From NCBI GenBank assembly GCA_002811645.1, contig PDIP01000093.1:12790-76789 (forward strand): a DNA stretch of 64,000 nucleotides, in the 5' to 3' direction. This document shows positions 30,109 through 40,065 of the stretch, piece by piece; positions within the stretch are counted from its first letter, which is position 1, and every line of letters begins with the position of its first letter. The translations under genes and the position numbers were made by a program. Below the pieces are notes generated by a model. That model made no database searches. It saw only the letters and a list, made by a program, of their open reading frames with translations, and was not told the DNA's origin. Source of the stretch: Corallochytrium limacisporum Hawaii (Eukaryota > Protista > Pluriformea).

Positions 30109-33100
30109 ATGCCGGAATCATTGATTCCAAAACTGAGCCGTGGAAGCTCCTTTCCTATTGTCAGTATGGGAAGCCACGGTTCTGACGGCGTCCCCTCCAA
30201 TGGTACTCCGACCAAAACGGACGGCACAAAGCGGAAGATTAGCAACAGTAGCGTCAGCAGTGGGAAATTCAGGGTCACACGTAAGCTGAGCGTCAGAGAG
30301 AGTTCCTCCGGAACCAGTTCGCTGCGGACTTCACTGGACAGTGGTGTGGGGAAATCCTCTCGGTCCAGCGACGCGGGACTGCGGGATACGGTATCGGTAG
30401 CCTACGGATATTCCTCTGCCACCGGCCCCGGCCGGCTCAGAAAGACGTCAAATGGCGAGCATGTCATCAGTGCATACTCGTCTTTTCCGAACATTGACGA
30501 ACCACGCCCGGGTTGGGAACGGCCGTGGAAGCAGAACAGTGCCCCCCAGGGCCCTCGGTACTTACCGTTTTACGATTTTGTCAATGATGCCCTCTGTAAC
30601 CAAGAGGCATCGCTACCAAAACTGGCCAAACCATACAAACTGAAACTAGATAAAATCGGGGATGAATTCAAGAAACTGAGCCGTGATCTGGAGGTTGAGA
30701 TTCGCAAAACACGGAATACAGTGCAGGCGTTGGGAAACGAATCTCTTCTTGGGCGTTTGGACGAAGCGGAACAGACAGTGCAGGACCTACAAAACAAACA
30801 AGAAGCCCTTAATGATGAGGTCGCAACGGCAAAGGCAGAAAGCGAAACATTTTCACAGAAACTTGAACAGTTTGCCACACAGATCAAACTCTGGGCTCAG
30901 AAGCCCCCGGAAGGCAAGATCACATTGGTGTTCACTGACATTCAGAGCAGTACGAGTTTATGGTTGAAGTACAGTACGGAAATGTCTGTGGCACTGCAGC
31001 TGCATGATGCTATCATGCGGGAGTGTATCGAACGACATCATGGGTACGAATGCAAAACCGAAGGAGATGCTTTCATGGTGGCGTTTCAAAGTGCGCGAGA
31101 CGCGGCAGAATTTGCGAACGATGTACAGCTTGAAATGCTTGAAGCGGAGTGGCCAGAGACCATCCTTGAGCACCCGAGTGCGCGCATCGAAGTCAACGAC
31201 GAAGGAGTGGAAATCTTTCGCGGACTTCGAGTGCGCATGGGCATCCACACCGGAGTCCCGAGCAATGCGGAAAAGAATCCGGTCAGTGGCCGCATGGATT
31301 ACTTTGGTCCTTGTGTGAACAAATCAGCCCGAGTACAGGGTGTTGCGAGAGGTGGACAGATTTTTATTTCGAAGGAGACGAAGGAAGAGTTGGATGCGGA
31401 GAACCTTCAGGAGGCTCAATTTATTGAGGCCGGAGAGTATGACCTAAAGGGCATTGATGGCAAAACGTTTGTCTATGAAATGAAACACGATATCATCCGC
31501 GACCGTGTCTTTGAGGAGAACGAAAAGGCATACCAGATTGCCAAGGCACCCGAGGGGATGGTCACCCTGGTCAGTGTACAGATTGATAACTATCAGTTGA
31601 TTTGGGATGACTTCCCACTGCTGATGAAGGGCGGTGAGGCGCTGCTACACTCTGAGTTGCGTGCCGTGGGCTCCAAGTTTGATGGCTACGAGACAGCAAA
31701 TTCGGGTGCGCACGTGCTCTGGGCCTTTGCCACTGAACTCAATGCCCTGGAATTTGTTATGGCCGTGCAGGAGGTGCTTTTGACTGTATCCTGGCCTCCC
31801 GAGTTTAACGTCTGTGAGTATACACGACGAGAAGAAGAACCTCCGGGCAATGTCCTGGAGAATGGCTTCCGCATCACCCAGACGTTGCAGTGTGGCAACT
31901 GCGAGTCCGATGTCGATCCGATGACCCAAAAAGTGGTATATCGCGGCAAGGTTATGGCGGTGCTGGATGAACTGGACGACATTGCTCCCGCAGGAACCAT
32001 CCTGATGACCAGAAAGCAGTACGACTCGCTCAAGGACACGAAGCGGTTCAAGGAGTTGAATATAGCCGTCCGTGACTTTGAAGAGTTGGAGGACTTTGAG
32101 GGCGACCCCGATGAGACGGCCACAGTGCAGATGGTCGCGGAACACTTGGGCCACCGCTTGGTACAGCCAAGGCCGACACGCACGTCGCTGCTGAATCTCG
32201 CAGATCTACAGAATGCCGCTCTGATCACCGAACGAGGCGGGCCTCACAAACACACATCCGCGACTCCAGGTGAAGCGGATGGGGCAACGGCCCCACGACC
32301 CGATGGTGGACAGGAGAGCGATCAGGAACACTTCGCATTTCCAGACACGACTACCCCTGGAACCCCGCCTCTGTCCAGCCCGCGTCCCCCACTTCGTCGC
32401 CGCAACAGTGGGGTCGGCCTTCCGGGGCCAATGGGCGGTCTACCCTCCTTGCCCCCCCGCCGACGCGGAAGTCTGACGCCCCTTGGCAGCCACCATGCGA
32501 CCGCTGCCGCGGCGGCCGCGGCGGGCTATGAGAGCGCACGCGCGGGGAGCCCAGCATCCATACTTAGATCCTCGCACGGCTCCCTGCGCAGTGTCACCCG
32601 CCGGTTTCGCACAACTTCGGGAAACTATCCCCGGTTGGATCCCTTTGAGATGATGCGATCGCTGAAGGACAAGAAGGGCAGCTACGACGAACGCACGGAG
32701 CGCCTCGCAGAACAAGGGGAGGAGCTTATGGAAGCATTACGTGAGGTGCAGAAGGAGCTGCAGTCCATGGCCACCGAGCTTGCGGACAAGGACCCTTTCG
32801 TAAAGGCGCTGTCCAGGCTCAAAGAAACAACGGAGAAGACTGCCGATCTGCAATCCAGCTTCTTGGGCATTTTGCAAGAGAAGTCGGAGGTCGATCAAAA
32901 GGTCGAAGAGCTGGTGGAGGCCGTGACCAAGGCACGGGGAGAGGTGAAGACACTGCAGGATGAGAATGCCGAACTGAGAGAAGCTAGGGACAAAGCTGAG
33001 ACGGACCTCATGATCGTGTCCCGTGACGTCGAAGTCATGACTGTGCAGGTAAACGAGATCGAGAAGCAACTCGAGGAGATGGCCTTGCTAAAGCAGCTCA

Positions 33101-33549
33101 ACCAAGAGATGAAGCAGCAGCTTATCATTGCCGAAGAGATGAACGCGAACTTGGAGCGCACTCAGACCGAGCTGGAAACAAGTTGTGATCAGTACAAGCG
33201 GGCAAAGGCAAGAATCGCAGTGCTGGAATCTGAGCTTGAGCGGAAGCAAAAGAAGAAAGGGATAATCAAGCGCATCATGAGCAGCGGCAAATCGTCCAAG
33301 CCGCGAGGTTCCACACCTAGGGCTGCGTATGGATCAATGTCTGGAGTCCATAACTTACCTTCCGAGGCAATCGCAGCCAACAACGGTATTGAGGAGGACC
33401 ACCAACACAGTGATGTACCATCAGAGGCACCTGCTAACGATACTGGTAGCGGGAACGACCACGATCATGATCAGAGAGGCCATCAGCAGCATGATCAGGA
33501 GGTGCCTGTGAATCCCGAGCAATCAGGGCATATTCAGCAAGACATCTAG
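30109..33549 (+). CDS. Soluble class III adenylate cyclase: coiled coil, active cyclase domain, degenerate second cyclase domain, long coiled coil
   Basis: Domain 1: 'ITLVFTDIQSSTSLW', 'YECKTEGDAFMVAF', 'GLRVRMGIHTG', 'GRMDYFGPCVNKSARV'. Domain 2 has parallel but degenerate motifs ('APEGMVTLVSVQID', 'YETANSGAHVLWAF', 'VVYRGKVM'). No transmembrane segment seen. Confidence 0.88.
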   Translation: MPESLIPKLSRGSSFPIVSMGSHGSDGVPSNGTPTKTDGTKRKISNSSVSSGKFRVTRKLSVRESSSGTSSLRTSLDSGVGKSSRSSDAGLRDTVSVAYGYSSATGPGRLRKTSNGEHVISAYSSFPNIDEPRPGWERPWKQNSAPQGPRYLPFYDFVNDALCNQEASLPKLAKPYKLKLDKIGDEFKKLSRDLEVEIRKTRNTVQALGNESLLGRLDEAEQTVQDLQNKQEALNDEVATAKAESETFSQKLEQFATQIKLWAQKPPEGKITLVFTDIQSSTSLWLKYSTEMSVALQLHDAIMRECIERHHGYECKTEGDAFMVAFQSARDAAEFANDVQLEMLEAEWPETILEHPSARIEVNDEGVEIFRGLRVRMGIHTGVPSNAEKNPVSGRMDYFGPCVNKSARVQGVARGGQIFISKETKEELDAENLQEAQFIEAGEYDLKGIDGKTFVYEMKHDIIRDRVFEENEKAYQIAKAPEGMVTLVSVQIDNYQLIWDDFPLLMKGGEALLHSELRAVGSKFDGYETANSGAHVLWAFATELNALEFVMAVQEVLLTVSWPPEFNVCEYTRREEEPPGNVLENGFRITQTLQCGNCESDVDPMTQKVVYRGKVMAVLDELDDIAPAGTILMTRKQYDSLKDTKRFKELNIAVRDFEELEDFEGDPDETATVQMVAEHLGHRLVQPRPTRTSLLNLADLQNAALITERGGPHKHTSATPGEADGATAPRPDGGQESDQEHFAFPDTTTPGTPPLSSPRPPLRRRNSGVGLPGPMGGLPSLPPRRRGSLTPLGSHHATAAAAAAAGYESARAGSPASILRSSHGSLRSVTRRFRTTSGNYPRLDPFEMMRSLKDKKGSYDERTERLAEQGEELMEALREVQKELQSMATELADKDPFVKALSRLKETTEKTADLQSSFLGILQEKSEVDQKVEELVEAVTKARGEVKTLQDENAELREARDKAETDLMIVSRDVEVMTVQVNEIEKQLEEMALLKQLNQEMKQQLIIAEEMNANLERTQTELETSCDQYKRAKARIAVLESELERKQKKKGIIKRIMSSGKSSKPRGSTPRAAYGSMSGVHNLPSEAIAANNGIEEDHQHSDVPSEAPANDTGSGNDHDHDQRGHQQHDQEVPVNPEQSGHIQQDI

Positions 33550-36500
33550 AGGATGATTGAGTGACTACGCATGTCATGAACAGGTCTATACGCACCCAAT
33601 GAGCAATTACACATCCATGTACATAATACTCATCTCTGTCTCAATATCGAAACGATTGAGATATCTGCTCTATGGCGAGTGGAAGTTAGCCCAGTTTGTC
33701 CCAGATTCTCACTAGCGTATCCATGCCTCGATTCACATGGTCAATGAGAGGCGATCGTAAGGCCAAGACCCAGCAAAAAGAAGAGGGCAACCCGCCCGAG
33801 GGGTTGGGGGTTGGGGGGAGGATGCATCAGGAAGGGAGGCCATTGAGTAGCGAGGAAGAGAATTTGCAAGGCCGCTCAAATCATCATGCCCCGACGACAG
33901 TGAATCGCGATCTCCTCGCTTTCGTAGCAAACGACCTCCATTTGCATGTGACTGGTCTGGTCCTGGGTGTGTATGTGTGCATAAAACCTAGGTATGTCCT
34001 CCATCTAGCACATAAGTATTGTTCGTGCACGTTGTTTGGTAACAATGTTTACAATCGATAACATAGAATATTCGTTCTTCGGCAATCTCGGGTTATCGTG
34101 ATCACCCCGCCCATTCCAACAGGTTCTCAATATCGAGCGGATGCGAAGTAAGACGCACAAAGCCGATGAACACATCTATCCGCATCCCTCCAGCAGCCAT
34201 AGTCTCAGCGACACCAGCGTGCATTGTAGGGCGTGTGCTTTGCCTTGTGTGGGATGACATACTCATCAGTGGCTGGTCCTCATGCAAGCGCACCCCTTCA
34301 AGTGGTAGAGATACCAGCTGTCAACAATTAAAAATGGGCTCCTTCGGAGTTTTACTGGACCTTCGCGATGTCCAAGACATATTAACGTCTGGATAGGACA
34401 CACTGGTCAACCCACAAGATTTATGTAACTGCAGAAGTCATTGGACGATGCGCGATGATGATATGATGGTGGCCCGCGAGCACCACCGTCCTTCCCTTTC
34501 TGCTGCCCGCCTGCCTATTCTGAGAAACCCGCCTCCTTGGTTTTGGCAAACTCGTCCTCCTATCCGTCCGGACAGGGTGGCAGTTCTTGCCAGATCTGAT
34601 AGTTAATGTATGGCACCTACACAGGGGAAGAAAAAGGAAGGCAAACCAAAGGGGAGACGGAGCCGGTGACGCAAAATCGACGTCCTGCGGTGTAAACCCG
34701 GAAAAGGGGCTCCTCCTCCGTCTCGCTCAGTAGGCCCCCCCCCCCCAGGGGGAGAGGAGGCCAACTCACCGCACTGTGGTAATATACCCATAGCTTTACT
34801 ATAAATAAATCCGTCTCGCATCTTCGTCTCTCTGCCCGCGGAGAAGGAGTGTTGAGTGAATACGCGTGTGTTGCCGTGTGAGTCCTCCCTCTTTTTCTTT
34901 CCCCATTTTTTTTTCCAGTCCCAACCTTTCTTTCTCCCCTCCGGGCCCGCACAGATTCTCATCTTTCTGTTCTCTCCTTTTTTTTTTCTTGTTGTTTCGT
35001 GCCCGATGGTGGAACTGTGGTGTCGGGGAGGGGGGGGTGATTTCACTTGGCACCTGTGGTAGTGAAGGAGAAAGGCCTCCCGTGCCCCCCTCCCCCTTTT
35101 CCCGGGGTTGGGAGAGAGGGAGGGGGGTTCAGAGACAAAGATCGAGGAGAATTAAGGAACAAAGGAAGAAGTCAGACAGCTAGTAAAATGAAAAACTACT
35201 ACATTAGTGCTAAGTTAGTGACTATTAGTAGAGAGAGAGAGAGAAATAGAAAAGGAGGGACAATTACCGCACCTTGATCGCCCCCATCGCGGCCGCATCA
35301 GACGTCACCGCACCAGCTTAACAATTTTTCAGATAATTCTTCTTTTGGTTTAGGCAGATGGACAATAAGAAGAATTCCGGCTACACCCAAGAGAGTCGAG
35401 GATCAAGCCTTTACCAGTGATGAAATGAATCGGTATTCATGCGCAGGATACCCAGATCCGAAGGGGTAGTCTGCCCGTTGTGTTATGACCGAAACGGGCA
35501 AGAAGGATTAAGAGAGTGGGTAGATTATTCTGGGTATGGTGGTGAAATGACAAGGCGGAGCATGGCGAAGAGTGAGAGAGGCCGCCACGGGGCAAGGCAA
35601 AACAAACGGGGCACCATGGAGAACAGAGAGCATGCATCCAAACCAGCACACGGTATTGGAGCGTGGTCGCGGTAACAGATCTATAGAGAATGTGTTTAAC
35701 ACCCCCCCCCCTTCCCCTTCCTCTTCCTTCATTCCGAAAACGGCGATGGTTTCAGTCGTTGCCACACCATTGAGAGAGAAAAGAAAAGAGACAGAGCCAC
35801 ATCGCGGACGACGTGCCCAGCCCTCTCCACCACCTGCCCGTGCCTACTTCAGACACAAACCCTTTGGTCCATACAGTCTCTATAGAAACCGCTGAGGAGC
35901 CATACAATACTTGTCTTAGTGTGTAAGCACGGAACCAAAACCAACAAAAAACCGCCAAGCGCATTTCCCGGTGTTTGGGGGTTGGCGGGCTGGTTGGTAG
36001 GCGGTTTCGTTACCCATTCTCCCTTGGTTCGTCTGTGAATCTTCTGTTGGTGGTGAGTGGGCACCAAAGGGGATGGCGAGCATGGTGGACCGCTTTTTTG
36101 AAACTGGGCAGGTGCATTTAACACCCCCACACAGGCGGCCTCTGTGTGCTCTGGTACCTTTTGCTCCCGTCCCCCGTGCCTGTACCGGTCGTCGTCGTGC
36201 TCTGTGCATGCGCGCTCCCTGGTAGCCGTCCTCCTTCTCTCCGGGGAGAGTGCCCAGTGGTGCGAGGGTGCGCGCATCTGCGATAATCTACCCAAAGGAT
36301 GCAATTGATAAGTTGCTCACCGTAAACATTGAGGTTAAGAGGTTGCTGGTGGTAGTGATCGGCCGGAGGAAGTGCATACAGAACGAACAACTTGCCACAC
36401 GGTCACCACCACCACCACCACTGAACTACTCACCACCAATCTTGGGGGTAGTGCGTGTGTACCTGGCGAGCCGCTCCCTTTATTAAAATGTTGTGTTGCA

Positions 36501-38988
36501 GAAGAATTATGTGTCCTCTCTCATTAACATTCCGGGAAAACACAGGAAAAGAAAGTCCCAAAGGGGGGGGGGTCGGGACAAGTGTCGTTGAGAAAACTGT
36601 TACCTCAAGAACACAGCAGAAAAATTGTACGCTGCACCCACTGCAGTGTTTGGATCTGGTTGTGTGGTTAAAGGGAACGGGTAGTGGATTAGGAGGTAAG
36701 GAACCGATCAATCGGCCAAGCCAACAAAGTTTTTTTTAACGAACATCGAAGTAAGAGGAAAAATTATGAACATGTGGTGCAGTGAAGAGAAGTCAAAAAA
36801 TGGTCCTGGGCAGTGGGAGAAGACTCCGCCGGGGTTGCAATTTTTCTGTTGTTCCCAAAGCAAAAACCGCTGGCGTCGGTCTCCCTCTTCACACCGGGTC
36901 CCCGCCGCAACGGTCTGGAGCAAGTTTTTTTTTTTCGGCCAATTTTTTCGCTGGGATGTGCGCGCGGCGGTGTTGGCGGTGTGGGTGGTGGTGCGGGTGT
37001 CCCGTAAGCAAGGCAACTGTCAAAAGAGTCCCCCCCAGGGAAAAGAAGGGCCAAAGAGAGTGAGGCCCTGCGGACTACCCTCCCCGAAGGGGGGAGGGGA
37101 GAGTTAAAAAAATGTTGGACCATAAGGAGCGGCGCGATGCCGCATCATTCTTCGCACACCGACGCAGCAAGCAGAGAGTAGAGGAGATCACGTTCCTTTT
37201 TCCACCGCAACAGAAGACGCATTCTATCTCCTTATCTACAACACGGTTCGTTGTATGATGTAGGTTGATTCTATAATAAATGTTCCTACAAAAAGTCGGA
37301 AAAGTCTCCTGATGTAGTATTGTGCAAAGGAGTGCGTCGTCAAACGGCAGAATTTGGCAATGGTTGACCGGTGGAGTGCACACACTGTCCGTTCGCCAGT
37401 ATTTGATCCTAACCTAATTTGGTTCTGGTTATGCCCATTTCAGATATTGTGGTACATTTAGTATGGATAAGTGATGCTACTCGTGATAGCAAACAGCGTG
37501 CTAGCACGACAAGAGGAAGAGACGTCCGACATATGAGAGGAAAGAAATTTCTCCCCCAGGCGAGATTACTGGAAAGTTAAAGGAAAGAACACCATATATT
37601 TATTATATAAATAGAATCCTGTCAGGGCCACGCAAGGGCTGAGCAGAGTACCGATTCGCTTGAAGGTGATGCCTTGCATGGAGCAAAATATTTTATCACA
37701 TAATATCCTACACTCAGAGTATATCCTAGACTAGCTCACACTCACATGGAGGAGGAGCTTCATCGGTCTCCCTGGTAGGGTATGTATGTACTACCGCGTC
37801 TTCCCTGGTCTGCCTCCCCACAACACACCGCCCCCCCACAACACACCCCCCCCCCCCCCGGCGCGGGAGGGTGGCAGTCGTCTCTTACTGTTCAACACAT
37901 TCCGCCGGTGGGTTTTTTAACAGGAGTGATCGATTTCCCTGCAGACCTATTCTCCGCTCGCGTGCTCTGGGGCTCAATATCTTCTGCGTATTTGGTGGCC
38001 CTCGCGGGTCTCTTGCACGCCGCCATCTCCTGCGTCCGCTTACCCCGCTTCCCTCCGCTCCAACTTTCTCAAGACTTCTCCGTTTCCTGGCCTTATTTTT
38101 CTTCCGCCAATTTATGCATTTGCCTCTCTATGGCTTTTTCCAGGAAATCCGTTGGAGTTACCCTTCCCGAAGTGCCAGGTAGAGGAGATTATATTTTTTT
38201 GGATGAGTCTTTCAAAAAAAAATTATGAAACTCTGGTCGTGACGCAAAGACAGCAACCCACTTCCTCCCCGGTATTGAAAACCCACCGCTTCCCCTCCCC
38301 CTCCCCCTCCCCCCGCGCAACTCGAAAATTACAGCGCAAGCAAGCAGCGGGCGCCAAGGCAGATAAAAGAGGGCTGGTACTGGAAACCGGCCCACGATTG
38401 CTGTCCGCAAGAGCGCTATTATATCTCAACCAACACCCTTTTTTCTTCTTCTTCGGTTTGAACAGGGATAGGGCTTGGGTTTGAGTGTTGAACACCCCCT
38501 GCTCTCTCCTTCCCCCCGCTACGCTTCACCCATCGCACCCCTCTCTATCAGGAACATTCGTCTTCTCCGTCGACAACAGTTTCCTTTTTTTGGCCTGCGC
38601 GGCCCCGAGTTGGGTCTCGGAATGGCGGGCCACCCAAAAAAGGGGGGCCCAAAAAGGGGGGGCACCGACCACCGTGGGTCCAAAGCAACAGCGAGGCGGG
38701 AGGCAGTGACAGGGATGGTCATCGCGCCAAGCCCGGACGAAGTAACTTCGCAGAATCAGAATTGACAGGTCCCGTGATTTTTGCTAGTGTTATTCTTAGT
38801 ATTGAATGAATTTGAATTTGCGTCGAAAAGTTGTCATATTGCCGCAGCAGGTGTGGTCAAATGCCGCGCGACGAACGTCAACGGCGCGGAAGGACATCTT
38901 AAGACGATGAATGCGTTTCATGGAGCGAGGGGGTAAGGGACTGGAATGGGACCGAACCACCCCCATTGACACGGCCAGTTCACAACAC

Positions 38989-38991
38989 AGA

Positions 38992-39024
<33 letters not shown>
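38989..39024. repeat. (AG)n microsatellite
   Basis: About 18 AG units with one interruption. Confidence 0.95.
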
Positions 39025-39025
<1 letters not shown>

Positions 39026-39324
39026 AAAGATTAGAAAACAGAGTTAGCGAGACAAATTAAGAAAAAAACCTAGACAAAGACTTTTTAATTGAGAACTTAG
39101 CAAGCAGGGGCGATTGGACCCTCAGATTGTTTCACTGCCAAAAGGAATGCTCGACAGAACCGGGGTGGGGTGGGGTGTGTCTGGAACCCCCTCCTTCCCG
39201 CCGCTTCCTCCTCCACCTCCCCCCGTCTCTCTTGTCGATGTTCTCGCTCTCCCCAGGCGGGGGTGGGGTGGCCCAGATTACCCTCTCTCCTTCCCCTCTG
39301 CACCACCCCACCCCACCTCACTCA

Positions 39325-39346
39325 CTCTCTCTCTCTCTCTCTCTCT
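39325..39346. repeat. (CT)n microsatellite followed by a T tract
   Basis: ctctctct... then ttttttttt. Confidence 0.9.
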
Positions 39347-40065
39347 TTTTTTTTTCTTTCCGGCCGCTGCTGTTGCGAAGAGGAGAACCAGAAAGAAACG
39401 AAGAGAACGTTTTCTCCCTCTTACCGGTGCAATGCTGACACTCGGGGTGTTGGTGCGCCATATTTTTTTTTTTTTGGTCGGGGGCGGCCCCGGAGAGGGC
39501 TGTGTATGTGAGCGTGCTCATGGTCTCGGTTGTGAAAGTTGGAAATGCCAAAGGGGAAATAGGAAGTCTCAAGCAAGAACCGCAAAACACGAATATGCCA
39601 GGACCGGTTTATGAACTGCTTTTCTGAACATGGAGCATGTATGCTGAAAAAATAATGTTTCGGGAATGTGGAACTCAGCGCCCTGGTCGACGAGTCCAAG
39701 TTTTCGGATCCTCATACGTGAGCAGGACATATCGGTGAAGATAAGCTATTTTGGTCATCGCTACCGAAAATATAGACTGTGGTGAAGTCAGAACCTGAAT
39801 ACAGCATAGGGCAACGGGACGAAAGAATATTGAAGTCCAAAATAAAGACGGACAAGGAGGACCGAGAGGAAGAAAACCCGAAAAACAATACACGGGAATG
39901 ATAACAAACCACTAAGACGCCCGACGACCACTATGTGACAAGACATAATTCGATATCTTCTATATTTGTTCACAGGGATACTCTCAGGGAGATAAAAAAA
40001 GTTAACTTAGGGAAGAAAAACACCACGGTTTCTTCAAATCAACAGCAACCATACCCGGGAAAAAC

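Noticed and set aside
33696-39973. Many 60-170 aa ORFs in the long intergenic regions
   Set aside because: Translations are poly-P/G/F/K products of homopolymers, often with non-ATG starts and no recognisable domains.
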